In this document: one piece after another, positions 46,260-55,438 of the stretch | Layout: each line of letters starts with the position of its first letter | Numbering within the stretch: the stretch's first letter is position 1 | Notes under the pieces: generated by a model | Database searches by the model: none | Told to the model about the DNA's origin: nothing | Seen by the model: the letters and a program-made list of their open reading frames with translations, nothing else | Position numbers and translations under genes: made by a program | Source of the DNA: an uncultured Acidimicrobiia bacterium | GTDB taxonomy: Bacteria > Actinomycetota > Acidimicrobiia > Spongiisociales > JAOTWH01 | NCBI GenBank assembly: GCA_964195995.1 | Contig: CAXMQS010000074.1 | Coordinates: 6,066-70,065, forward strand | Length of the DNA: 64,000 nucleotides | Direction of reading: 5' to 3'

Positions 46260-46841
46260 GTGGCCGGCACCACCAGAGTCGGGGTGCTGGCGCTGCAAGG
46301 CGACTTCCGAGAACACGCTGCCATGGTCTCGGCGCTTGGTGCCGAACCCGTCGAGATACGGCTCCCCGCAGATCTCGAAGGCATAGACGCCCTCATCATC
46401 CCGGGCGGCGAGTCGACCACGATCGGCAAGATGGCGAAGCGCTACGGGCTCGTCGAGCCGATGCGGGATCTCATCAACTCCGGTTTGCCGACACTCGGTA
46501 CCTGCGCCGGCATGATCGTGCTGTCGTCGGCAACCACCGGTGCCGACCAGCATCTGCTGGGCGTTCTGGATGTGGTTGTGGAACGCAACGCCTTCGGCCG
46601 ACAGGTTGAATCGTTCGAGGAGCTCGTCAGCGTCGACGGTCTCGATGAGCCGATACGAGCCGTCTATATCAGGGCGCCATGGATCGAGAAGGTTGGAGCG
46701 GCAGTGGAGGTGCTCGCCGAGACTCAGGGACATCCTGTTGTAATTCGCCAGAAGAACGTCCTGGCAACGTCGTTTCACCCCGAGCTGACAACCGACACGC
46801 GTATTCATAGGATGTTGCTCGATCTCGTAGAGGAAGCCTGA
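46260..46841 (+). CDS. pdxT: Pyridoxal 5-prime-phosphate synthase, glutaminase subunit
   Basis: The sequence includes VGVLALQGDFREH, IIPGGESTT, GTCAGMI and TSFHPELT. Confidence 0.92.
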   Translation: MAGTTRVGVLALQGDFREHAAMVSALGAEPVEIRLPADLEGIDALIIPGGESTTIGKMAKRYGLVEPMRDLINSGLPTLGTCAGMIVLSSATTGADQHLLGVLDVVVERNAFGRQVESFEELVSVDGLDEPIRAVYIRAPWIEKVGAAVEVLAETQGHPVVIRQKNVLATSFHPELTTDTRIHRMLLDLVEEA

Positions 46842-47578
46842 TGTCTGGTCATTCGAAATGGTCAACGATCAAGAGGAAGAAGGGCGCCAAGGACGCTGCC
46901 CGTGGCAAGTTGTTCGCCAAGCTCGCTCGCGCCATCGAAGTGGCGGCCCGACAGGGCGGGGGAGATCCAAACGCCAACTACGCGCTTGCCGGGGCCATAG
47001 AGAAGGCCAAGCAGGCCTCGATGCCCAACGACAACATCGACCGAGCAGTCAACCGCGGCGCCGGCAACACGGACGGAGTGCAGTACGAGGAGATCTGGTA
47101 CGAGGGCTACGCCGCAGGCGGCGTCGCCGTGTTCGTGCAATGCCTCACCGACAATCGCAATCGGGTCTCTTCCGACGTTCGCACGGCGATGACTCGCAAC
47201 GATGGCAGCCTCGGTGAACCGGGCTCGGTTGGCTATCTCTTCGAGCAGAAGGGCTACATCCTCGCCGACGGCTCTGAGGAAGCTGTCATGGAGGCAGCCC
47301 TCGACGGAGGAGCCGAGGACGTGCGCAGCTCTGGCGACCAGTGGGAGGTCACCTGCGCCCCGCAAGACCTGCGAGCGGTCAAGGACAGCCTGATGGAAGC
47401 CGGCATCACATTCGAGACCGCCGAGGTGACTCAGCTGCCGTCGACGACCATTGCCGTTGAGGCCGCCCAGGCCATCAAGGTGCTCCGACTCGTCGATGCC
47501 CTCGAGGACCTCGATGATGTGCAGCAGGTATTCGCCAACTTCGATATCTCAGATGAGGTGATGGCAGAGGTCAGTTGA
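46841..47578 (+). CDS. YebC/PmpR-family DNA-binding regulator
   Basis: MSGHSKWSTIKRKKGAKDAARGKLFAKL... is the invariant family N-terminus. Confidence 0.92.
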   Translation: MSGHSKWSTIKRKKGAKDAARGKLFAKLARAIEVAARQGGGDPNANYALAGAIEKAKQASMPNDNIDRAVNRGAGNTDGVQYEEIWYEGYAAGGVAVFVQCLTDNRNRVSSDVRTAMTRNDGSLGEPGSVGYLFEQKGYILADGSEEAVMEAALDGGAEDVRSSGDQWEVTCAPQDLRAVKDSLMEAGITFETAEVTQLPSTTIAVEAAQAIKVLRLVDALEDLDDVQQVFANFDISDEVMAEVS

Positions 47579-47658
47579 GCTTCGCGCAGCTGACGCCTTG
47601 GGCTATGAGCATTGGGCAATGAGAAGCCGCGAAGCGTTAGGTTCGCTGGATACACTCC

Positions 47659-47674
47659 CCAAACATATGTTCGT
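47659..47674. promoter_or_regulatory. Candidate LexA (SOS) box CCAAAC-ATAT-GTTCGT overlapping the ruvC start codon
   Basis: It matches 9 of 12 specified positions of the actinobacterial consensus TCGAAC-N4-GTTCGA (right half perfect GTTCG, left core AAAC for GAAC). ruvC is an SOS gene in mycobacteria. Confidence 0.35.
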
Positions 47675-48146
47675 ATTAGGTATCGACCCCGGACTCGCCG
47701 TTTGTGGCTATGGCATCGTCGATAACAGCGGTCCTAACCCTGTTGCCGTGGCGGCCGGCGTCATCCGCACCAGCCACCAGGCACCGATAACGGAGCGACT
47801 TGTGGAACTGCGAACAGACCTCACCTCCGTCATCGAGGAGTTCTCACCGACCGTTGCCGCGGTCGAGCAGGTGTTCACCAACAACAATCTCAAGACTGCT
47901 GTCGCAGTTGGCCGAGCCTCCGGCGTCGCGTTGCTGACTGTGGCTGAAGCCGGGCTCGCGGTTCACGAGTACACCCCTTCGGCGATAAAGGCGGCGGTTA
48001 CCGGTTTCGGCAACGCCCCCAAGGAGCAGGTCATGAGGGTCATCGAGATGCGGCTCGGAGTTACCCCTGTTGTTGCAGACGCCGCCGATGCTTTGGCGGC
48101 CGCCCTGTGTCACATTCAATCAGCTCGTCTGGAGGGTGTTTCGTGA
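47667..48146 (+). CDS. ruvC: Holliday-junction resolvase RuvC
   Basis: The ATG at 47667 gives MFVLGIDPGLAVCGYGIV, the canonical RuvC N-terminus with catalytic Asp. It is in frame with ORF 47598. Confidence 0.88.
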   Translation: MFVLGIDPGLAVCGYGIVDNSGPNPVAVAAGVIRTSHQAPITERLVELRTDLTSVIEEFSPTVAAVEQVFTNNNLKTAVAVGRASGVALLTVAEAGLAVHEYTPSAIKAAVTGFGNAPKEQVMRVIEMRLGVTPVVADAADALAAALCHIQSARLEGVS

Positions 48147-48721
48147 TCGCGAGACTGCGCGGAACGTTGGCTGCTCGATCGGAGACGGCGGTCGTGCTCG
48201 ATGTGAGCGGTGTTGGCTATGAGATCGCGGTGACGCCGCGAACGCTCGCCGACCTTCCTGGGGTGGGGGAGGAAGTCGTACTCCACACCCACCTCTCTCA
48301 TCGGGAGGACTCGATGGCTCTCTTCGGCTTCGGTACGGAGAACGAGCGCGATGTGTTCCGGATCCTGCTCGGCGCGTCCGGCATCGGCCCCAAGGTGGCG
48401 CTCGCCGTGTGCGCCACCCTCACTCCAACACAACTGCGGACTGCGGTGTTGGCAGAGGATGCTGCGACACTCGAGCTGGTGCCGGGCATCGGCAAGCGAG
48501 GAGCGCAGAAGATGATCATCGAGTTGCGACCCAAGCTCGATCTCCCGCTCGGCGACCTGCCTGGCGGGGAGGCATCGGTTCTGACGGAGGTTCGACAAGC
48601 GCTCGATGCTCTCGGCTATGGAACCGCAGAGGTCCACGAGGCGCTCGGGGCCATCGCGGCTGACGGAACCACCGAGGACCTTGTTCGAGCTGCGTTGCAG
48701 CACTTGGGATCCGAACGATGA
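48143..48721 (+). CDS. ruvA: Holliday-junction branch-migration protein RuvA
   Basis: The GTG at 48143 forms a GTGA overlap. The sequence includes (M)IARLRGTLA...GVGYEI...LFGF...[15 protein letters not shown].... Confidence 0.9.
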   Translation: MIARLRGTLAARSETAVVLDVSGVGYEIAVTPRTLADLPGVGEEVVLHTHLSHREDSMALFGFGTENERDVFRILLGASGIGPKVALAVCATLTPTQLRTAVLAEDAATLELVPGIGKRGAQKMIIELRPKLDLPLGDLPGGEASVLTEVRQALDALGYGTAEVHEALGAIAADGTTEDLVRAALQHLGSER

Positions 48722-49755
48722 GGGAAGACGGACTCCTCAAAGGTGCCGCCGACCCGCTGGACGAGGTGTTGGAAGCCCAGCCCGGTCTGCGCCCGCAACA
48801 GTTGGAGGATTTCGTCGGCCAGATCGACCTCAAGGACCGGCTGTCGATCCTCATCGAGGCCGCTCTGCAACGCAGAGAGCCTCTGGACCACACGCTGTTC
48901 TCTGGTCCTCCAGGGCTCGGCAAAACGACGCTGGCGTCGATCCTCGCAGCCGAGATGGGCGCTCAGTTCCGTGGAACCTCGGGTCCTGCCCTCGAGAGAG
49001 CAGGCGACCTGGCTGCGGTCATCACCAACCTCGACGCCGGTGACCTCCTGTTCGTCGACGAGATCCACCGCTTGCCGCGAGCGGTCGAAGAGGTGTTGTA
49101 TCCAGCGATGGAGGACTTCCAGCTTGACATCGTGGTGGGCAAGGGCCCGGCCGCCCGTTCGATAAGGCTCGAGCTGCCACCATTCACTCTCGTTGGCGCC
49201 ACCACCCGCGTCGGCAGGGTTTCGGCCCCGCTGCGTGACCGGTTCGGGTATGTGGCCCGGCTCGACTACTACGAGCCGGGGGACATCGGCGCCATCGTCG
49301 GTCGGTCTGCTGGGATCCTCGATGTTGACATCGATGACGAGGGAGCGGATGTCATCGCACACCGCAGTAGGGGAACGCCGCGGATCGCCAACCGGCTGCT
49401 GCGGCGGGTTAGAGACTTCGCGATGGTCAGGGCAGATGGCAAGGTCACCGCCGACGTGGCTTTCAGTGCCCTGACGACCTTCGAGGTCGACGACCTCGGC
49501 CTCGATCGGGTCGATAGAGCGATCCTCAGGGCGATCTGCGAGAAGTTCGGCGGTGGACCGGTGGGTCTGTCGACGTTGGCTATCGCCGTAGGCGAGGAGC
49601 CCGAGACCGTTGAAGACGCCTACGAGCCGTTCCTGATGCAAATGGGATTGCTGCAGCGCACCCCGCGCGGCCGGATCGCGTCGGCGCGCGCCTACGAGCA
49701 CATCGGCCTGGTGCCACCTACTCAGTCAGATCAACCGACGCTGCTCGACGACTGA
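48718..49755 (+). CDS. ruvB: Holliday-junction ATP-dependent DNA helicase RuvB
   Basis: An ATGA overlap joins it to ruvA. The sequence includes [32 protein letters not shown] and [12 protein letters not shown]. Confidence 0.93.
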   Translation: MREDGLLKGAADPLDEVLEAQPGLRPQQLEDFVGQIDLKDRLSILIEAALQRREPLDHTLFSGPPGLGKTTLASILAAEMGAQFRGTSGPALERAGDLAAVITNLDAGDLLFVDEIHRLPRAVEEVLYPAMEDFQLDIVVGKGPAARSIRLELPPFTLVGATTRVGRVSAPLRDRFGYVARLDYYEPGDIGAIVGRSAGILDVDIDDEGADVIAHRSRGTPRIANRLLRRVRDFAMVRADGKVTADVAFSALTTFEVDDLGLDRVDRAILRAICEKFGGGPVGLSTLAIAVGEEPETVEDAYEPFLMQMGLLQRTPRGRIASARAYEHIGLVPPTQSDQPTLLDD

Positions 49756-49760
49756 TCGCG

Positions 49761-50771
49761 GTGCGTACCGCCGACTTCGCATACGACCTTCCTGTCGAGT
49801 CCATCGCTCAAGAGCCGGTTGAGCCGCGCGATGCCTCTCGGTTGCTGGACTGTCGCGACATGACCGATCATCGCTTCTCGGACCTGCCATCGCTGTTGGC
49901 TGCCGGCGATCTCGTCGTCGTCAACCGCACCCGCGTGCGCCGCGCTCGGCTGCATGGCGTGCGCCAAGACACGGGTGGCGCGGTGGAGCTGTTGCTGTTG
50001 CGGAGTGACGGAGAGATCTGGTCGGCCCTGGCCAGGCCGAGCCGCCGACTCCGGCCCGGCGTCGTTATCGAGGTGGGCCCGCTGCAGGCAACCGTTGCTG
50101 CCGACCCAGTTGACGGAGTCATCGACGTCGAGTTGTCGACCAGCGATGGCGCGTCTGTCGAGGAGGCGATAGAGGCGCTCGGCGAGGTGCCCCTTCCGCC
50201 GTACTTCTCGGGAGCACTGTCAACCCCCGACCGCTATCAGACGATCTTCGCAAAGAAGACGGCTTCATCGGCAGCGCCGACGGCAGGACTCCACTTTACG
50301 GAGCCCGTAGTCGCGGACCTCGAGGACAGGGGCATCGAGCTCGCCGAGATCGATCTCGAGGTGGGGCTCGACACCTTTCGGCCGATGTCGACCGAGGATG
50401 TCGCCGACCATGACATCCATACTGAGCGAGTCGAAGTAGGTGCCGAAGTGGCGACGGCGATAGCTGCAGCCCGCCGGCGGGGCGGCCGGGTCATCGCTGT
50501 CGGTACCACGGTCGTCAGAGCTCTCGAGTCGGCTGGAGACGGCTCGGGCAACGTCTCGGAGTTCGCAGGTGACACGGATCTCTTTATCACCCCCGGCTAT
50601 CAATTCGGAGTTGTCGACGGCCTCGTTACCAACTTCCATGTGCCGTCATCGACCCTGGTCGTCCTGATAGCGGCCTTCATGGGGGAGAAGTGGCGCCTGG
50701 CGTACGCGACGGCATTGGAGCGCGGTTATCGAATGCTGTCCTTCGGGGACGCCATGATGGTGTTCCGATGA
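49761..50771 (+). CDS. queA: S-adenosylmethionine:tRNA ribosyltransferase-isomerase
   Basis: The gene has a GTG start. The sequence includes FAYDLPVESIAQEPVEPRDASRLL, LPPYF, YQTIFA, APTAGLHFT and TNFHVPSSTL. Confidence 0.9.
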   Translation: MRTADFAYDLPVESIAQEPVEPRDASRLLDCRDMTDHRFSDLPSLLAAGDLVVVNRTRVRRARLHGVRQDTGGAVELLLLRSDGEIWSALARPSRRLRPGVVIEVGPLQATVAADPVDGVIDVELSTSDGASVEEAIEALGEVPLPPYFSGALSTPDRYQTIFAKKTASSAAPTAGLHFTEPVVADLEDRGIELAEIDLEVGLDTFRPMSTEDVADHDIHTERVEVGAEVATAIAAARRRGGRVIAVGTTVVRALESAGDGSGNVSEFAGDTDLFITPGYQFGVVDGLVTNFHVPSSTLVVLIAAFMGEKWRLAYATALERGYRMLSFGDAMMVFR

Positions 50772-51868
50772 ACTTCGTTGAACTCGCCACCAGCGCCAAG
50801 GCCAGACGAGGTCGCCTCGAGACGCCCCACGGCACCGTCGAGACACCAGCCTTCATGGCCGTCGGCACCCGCGGGGCAGTCCGCATGTTGGACTCGCGCG
50901 ATCTGGCAGAGGCTGGCTCCGAGATGGTGTTGGCGAACACCTACCACCTCATGCTCCGCCCTGGGGCGGAGGTCGTCGCCGATCTCGGCGGCCTCCACGG
51001 GTTCATGGGCTGGCCCGGTCCGCTACTCACCGATTCGGGCGGGTACCAGGTGTTCTCTCTCGAGCCCGAGATCACCGAGGATGGCGCTCGGTTCCGCTCA
51101 ACGTACGACGGCAATTCGATCTCGATGACCCCTGAGGAATCGATGCGTGTCCAGCAACTCCTGGGGGCGGACATAGCGATGGTTTTCGACGAACTCCTCG
51201 GCCTTCCCGCTGCCAGAGACATCGTCTGCGCAGCCATGGAGAGAACGCTGCGCTGGTCGCAGCGGGCTCAGGCCGCGCACACTCGGGAGGATCAGTCCCT
51301 CTTTGGTATCTGTCAAGGAGGTGTAGACCCGGACCTCCGGGCCGAAAGCGCTCGCCGCACCAGTGAGCTGGGTTTCGTCGGTTACGGAATTGGCGGTCTC
51401 TCCGTCGGTGAGCCGTCGCGCGATCGCGATATCGCACTCGACGCTTGTATCCCCGAGCTGCCGCGCGCAGCTCCGCGATACGTCATGGGTCTCGGAGATA
51501 CAGAGGGGGTCCTGGCTGCCGTCGCCAGGGGTGCCGATCTCTTCGATTGCGTTTGGCCGACGCGCCTGGCGAGGCATGGCAAGGTCCTCAGCGCGACAGG
51601 TGACTTCTCCATCCGTAGGGCGGAGTTCGCGTCCGATGACACGCCCCTCGACCCCGACTGTGCCTGCCGCACCTGTGCTGTCTACTCACGCGGCCACCTC
51701 CGCCATCTTCGCTTATCGGAGAAGATGAGCAGCATGCGTCCATTGTCGATACACAACCTGTACTACACCCTCGAGGTGATGGCCGGCGCTCGTAGGGCCA
51801 TCGAAGAGGGCTCGTTCGGCGCTTTTCGCTCTGGAATCGTGGAAGCCAGAGCTTCTGGCGTCCAGTGA
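50768..51868 (+). CDS. tgt: tRNA-guanine transglycosylase
   Basis: The ATG at 50768 forms an ATGA overlap with queA. The sequence includes RRGRLETPHGTVETPAFMAVGT, LANTYHL, TDSGGYQVFSL, GIGGLSVGE and the zinc site CxC..C. Confidence 0.9.
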   Translation: MNFVELATSAKARRGRLETPHGTVETPAFMAVGTRGAVRMLDSRDLAEAGSEMVLANTYHLMLRPGAEVVADLGGLHGFMGWPGPLLTDSGGYQVFSLEPEITEDGARFRSTYDGNSISMTPEESMRVQQLLGADIAMVFDELLGLPAARDIVCAAMERTLRWSQRAQAAHTREDQSLFGICQGGVDPDLRAESARRTSELGFVGYGIGGLSVGEPSRDRDIALDACIPELPRAAPRYVMGLGDTEGVLAAVARGADLFDCVWPTRLARHGKVLSATGDFSIRRAEFASDDTPLDPDCACRTCAVYSRGHLRHLRLSEKMSSMRPLSIHNLYYTLEVMAGARRAIEEGSFGAFRSGIVEARASGVQ

Positions 51869-51915
51869 CGACCGCTACGATGCCGCTCGCCGCCCGTTTC
51901 CTGTTGGGATAACCG

Positions 51916-52233
51916 ATGCTGTCAATCTTCATACTCGCGCAGGAGTCCACCGACACCACTGCTCCGGGCTGGGTCGGGCCGGTCTTCTATGGCGTCATCT
52001 TTGCCGCCATCTTCTACTTCCTGATCTTGCGGCCGCAGCGATCGAGAGCTAGTCGCCATCGGAACCTCATGGGGTCGATGGCTATTGGCGACGAGATCAG
52101 GACGGCGGGGGGCATCTACGGCTTCGTGCGCGACCTCGATGACGAGTCGGCGGTGATCGAGGTCGAGGACGGCACCCGACTCCGGATCGCCCGCGGAGCG
52201 ATCGCAGCCAAGATCACAGCCACCGAGGAGTGA
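51916..52233 (+). CDS. yajC: Preprotein translocase subunit YajC
   Basis: It has a single TM helix followed by YFLILRPQRSR and GDEIRTAGGIYGFV. Confidence 0.88.
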   Translation: MLSIFILAQESTDTTAPGWVGPVFYGVIFAAIFYFLILRPQRSRASRHRNLMGSMAIGDEIRTAGGIYGFVRDLDDESAVIEVEDGTRLRIARGAIAAKITATEE

Positions 52234-52234
52234 C

Positions 52235-53815
52235 ATGAGCCGGGGCCGCGCTGCCGTGATGGTGCTGGTAGTGCTCGCGGTGGCGTGGGGCGGCCTTGCT
52301 TTGACGCTGCTCGCGGACACCACGCCCGTGCTGGGTCTCGATCTTCAGGGCGGCTTCGCCGTGACGCTCGCCGCCCCCGAAGGCACTGACAAGGCGGTGT
52401 TGGAAAAGGCCGTCGAGATCATCCGTAACCGCATCGAATCCCTCGGCAATGTCCAAGAACCCGAGGTCGCAGTTTCGGGTGATAGCAACATCACGGTGCA
52501 GCTTCCGGGTGTCACCAACAGGGAGCGTGCGCTAGATGCGGTGGGATCGACCGGAGAGCTGTCATTCCGGCCCGTTCTAGACATTGGGGCGTTCCCGGGT
52601 GTCTCACCGCTGTTCGAGGAGGCCCTCTTGAACGCCCCGCCGCCGGCGACCACCACGGTGCCGCCGACGACGGTCGCGGGAGACACCACCACCACAACCG
52701 TCGCGGGAGATACCACCACGACTACCACTTCGACCACCGTTCCTGACCCGCTCGCCGATGTAGTCATCCCGCCCGGGGTCGATCCGGAAACAGGCATCAC
52801 CATCGTCGACGATCCAGAGGCATCCGCCTATTTGGTGGAGCCAACGTCGGGCCTGATCTACTTCGTTGGAGACGCGCTCGTGCTGGGTTCGGACATCACC
52901 AACGCCTCGGCGGGCAATCAAGGACAGGGCTGGGTCGTCGACCCGGACTTCACATCGGCGGGCGCTCGCAAGTTCGAGGAGGCCACCCGCCAACTCGCGG
53001 CATTCCCGGTTGGGTCGGACCAGCGCCGCTTCGCCATCGTCTTGGACGGTGAAGTTGTCTCGGCACCGACCATCGCCGAGGGCGTCACTGCCGAGGAGGG
53101 GCTCGACGCGGGCCAAGTTCAGATCACTATCGGCTTTGGGAACGAGGACCCCCAGGCCGAGGCCGAGGACCTGGCGACGGTGCTGCGTTACGGTGCCTTG
53201 CCCGTCGTCTTCGAGCGGTCCCGGGTTGATTCGGTGTCTGCCACCCTCGGTGAGGACTCTCTGCAGGCGGGACTCATCGCAGGTTTCGGGGGTCTCCTCC
53301 TCGTGGCCTTGGCGATGGTCGCCTACTACCGGGCGCTGGGCCTCATCGCCGTTGTCGGGCTCACCGTTTTCGGGTCACTCCTGTTCGTCGAGTTCTCGCT
53401 CCTCGGCGCCCTGCAGGGCCAGACGCTGACATTGTCAGGGGTGGCGGGCGTCATCGTGTCTGTCGGCATTACCTCCGATAGCTACATCGTGTACTTCGAA
53501 CGAGTCAAGGAAGACGTTCGCCATGGCCGGACCTTGCGTTCGGCGGTCGATCACGCCTTCCCTCGAGCGTTTCGAACGATCCTCACCGCAGACACAGTTT
53601 CGATCGCTGCCGCCATCTTGCTGTACACCCTGGCTGCCGCTCAGGTGCGGGGCTTCGCTCTGGCACTGGGTATCGCCACCGTTACGGACGTGATCATCGC
53701 CTACTACTTCACGAGACCGGCGGCGGCCTTTGTCGTTAGGGGACGTCTCGGTGACGGTGGGACGCTGAGCATTCGAGGCGCCGCCGGTCATCCCACTGTT
53801 GAGGCAACGTCATGA
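52235..53815 (+). CDS. secD: Protein translocase subunit SecD
   Basis: The sequence includes LGLDLQGG. A large periplasmic domain carries a Thr-rich insert, and the C-terminus is a 6-TM bundle. Confidence 0.9.
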   Translation: MSRGRAAVMVLVVLAVAWGGLALTLLADTTPVLGLDLQGGFAVTLAAPEGTDKAVLEKAVEIIRNRIESLGNVQEPEVAVSGDSNITVQLPGVTNRERALDAVGSTGELSFRPVLDIGAFPGVSPLFEEALLNAPPPATTTVPPTTVAGDTTTTTVAGDTTTTTTSTTVPDPLADVVIPPGVDPETGITIVDDPEASAYLVEPTSGLIYFVGDALVLGSDITNASAGNQGQGWVVDPDFTSAGARKFEEATRQLAAFPVGSDQRRFAIVLDGEVVSAPTIAEGVTAEEGLDAGQVQITIGFGNEDPQAEAEDLATVLRYGALPVVFERSRVDSVSATLGEDSLQAGLIAGFGGLLLVALAMVAYYRALGLIAVVGLTVFGSLLFVEFSLLGALQGQTLTLSGVAGVIVSVGITSDSYIVYFERVKEDVRHGRTLRSAVDHAFPRAFRTILTADTVSIAAAILLYTLAAAQVRGFALALGIATVTDVIIAYYFTRPAAAFVVRGRLGDGGTLSIRGAAGHPTVEATS

Positions 53816-54894
53816 GCCTGGCGGGGCGTCTCTATCGGGCTGAGACGACCTTCGACTTCGTTGGTAATCGCCGCCGCTGGCTGGCGATCTCGAGCGTGCT
53901 CTTGCTGTTATCGATCGGATCGCTGGCGACCCGCCAGCTCAACCTCAGCGTTGACTTTGAAGGGGGCACTGTCGTCGAGGTAGAGAACCCCGCCGGCGCC
54001 GACGTCGCCGACGTCAACGACGCTCTCTCGTCCATCGGTCGCGCCGGCGACACGGTGCAGCTGGTGGGCGGGGGCACGGGGATCCGGGTGCAGACGGCAG
54101 ATCTGACCGTCGAAGTCGAAGACAGGCTCATTGCAGCCATCGCCGGCGTGGCCGGCGTCGAGGTGAACGACGCCAGTGTCGAGTCTGTAGGTCCGACCTT
54201 CGGCGATGAGGTGGCGCGATCTGCGCTCCGGGCGTTGATCGTGTTCATCGTGGTGATAGCCGTCTTCATATCCTTCCGTTTCGAGTGGCGAATGGCGGCG
54301 GCGGCGCTGGCGGCTCTCCTTCACGACCTCGTGATCACCGCCGGCGTCTACTCGATCATCGGGTTCGAAGTGACGCCGGCAACGGTGGTCGCCGTCCTCA
54401 CGATCCTCGGCTACTCGCTCTACGACAGCGTTGTCGTGTTCGACAAGGTGCTCGAGGAGATCGATTACTACGGCGATGAGCGCTCCATTGGAGACATCGT
54501 GAACCTGTCGATGAACCTCGTGCTGATGCGTTCGATCAACACCTCCTTGACCTCGCTGCTGCCGGTCGGAAGCCTTCTGTTCGTCGGGTCGTATCTCCTG
54601 GGTGCCGCCACGCTGAGGGAGTTCGCGCTGGCACTGTTCGTCGGTATCGCCGCCGGCACCTACTCGTCGATCTTCGTTGCCTCGCCGCTGGTCGCCGTCT
54701 GGAAGTCGAAGGAGGAGCAGTGGCAGCGGGTGGATCGCAAGTTGGCTCGTAAGGCAAGCGACGAAGCGGACGCCGCCAGGGTGGCCGCCGGGACCGAGAG
54801 CGAGCGCCCCCCGTCGCGGGCTCTGGATTCCGCAGGACGACAAGCTACGGGCGCCATCGCGCGTCCTCCGAAGCGTCGTAAGCGCAAGCGGTAG
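53812..54894 (+). CDS. secF: Protein translocase subunit SecF
   Basis: An ATGA overlap joins it to secD. The sequence includes FDFVGNRR, LNLSVDFEGGT and LHDLVITAGVYS. Confidence 0.9.
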   Translation: MSLAGRLYRAETTFDFVGNRRRWLAISSVLLLLSIGSLATRQLNLSVDFEGGTVVEVENPAGADVADVNDALSSIGRAGDTVQLVGGGTGIRVQTADLTVEVEDRLIAAIAGVAGVEVNDASVESVGPTFGDEVARSALRALIVFIVVIAVFISFRFEWRMAAAALAALLHDLVITAGVYSIIGFEVTPATVVAVLTILGYSLYDSVVVFDKVLEEIDYYGDERSIGDIVNLSMNLVLMRSINTSLTSLLPVGSLLFVGSYLLGAATLREFALALFVGIAAGTYSSIFVASPLVAVWKSKEEQWQRVDRKLARKASDEADAARVAAGTESERPPSRALDSAGRQATGAIARPPKRRKRKR

Positions 54895-54904
54895 AGTGCC
54901 TCCA

Positions 54905-55438
54905 GTGAGCGACTTCGACTTCAAGGCCCTTGTCCGAGATGTGCCTGACTATCCAGAGCCAGGCGTCGTCTTCAAGGACATAACGCCCATACTCGCAGAC
55001 GCGGAAGCGCTTGATGCGGGGGTCGATGGATTGGCAGCCCCGTATGCCGACATCGGAATCACTCGGGTTGCCGGAATCGAGGCAAGGGGATTCATCTTCG
55101 GAGTGCCCGTCGCTAGACGCCTCGGCGTCGGATTCGTTCCGGTACGCAAGCCGGGGAAACTTCCGTATTCCGTAGAGAGCGAGGAGTACACCCTTGAGTA
55201 CGGCACGGATCGGCTCGAGATCCATTCGGACGCCTTGATCCCGGGTGATCGAGTTCTGATCATCGACGATGTCCTGGCAACGGGTGGCACTGCAGCGGCA
55301 GCGGTGAGGCTCATCAGGCGCCTCGGCGCAGAAGTCGCCGGTGTCGCGGTGCTGATCGAGCTGAGCTTTCTCGAGGGACGCAAGCTGATCCCGGACGACG
55401 TGCCTCTTACCACGCTCGTCACTTATGACGCCCCCTGA
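54905..55438 (+). CDS. apt: Adenine phosphoribosyltransferase
   Basis: The GTG at 54905 is the start. The sequence includes VRDVPDYPEPGVVFKDITP, GIEARGFIFG and the PRPP loop VLIIDDVLATGGTA. Confidence 0.9.
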   Translation: MSDFDFKALVRDVPDYPEPGVVFKDITPILADAEALDAGVDGLAAPYADIGITRVAGIEARGFIFGVPVARRLGVGFVPVRKPGKLPYSVESEEYTLEYGTDRLEIHSDALIPGDRVLIIDDVLATGGTAAAAVRLIRRLGAEVAGVAVLIELSFLEGRKLIPDDVPLTTLVTYDAP

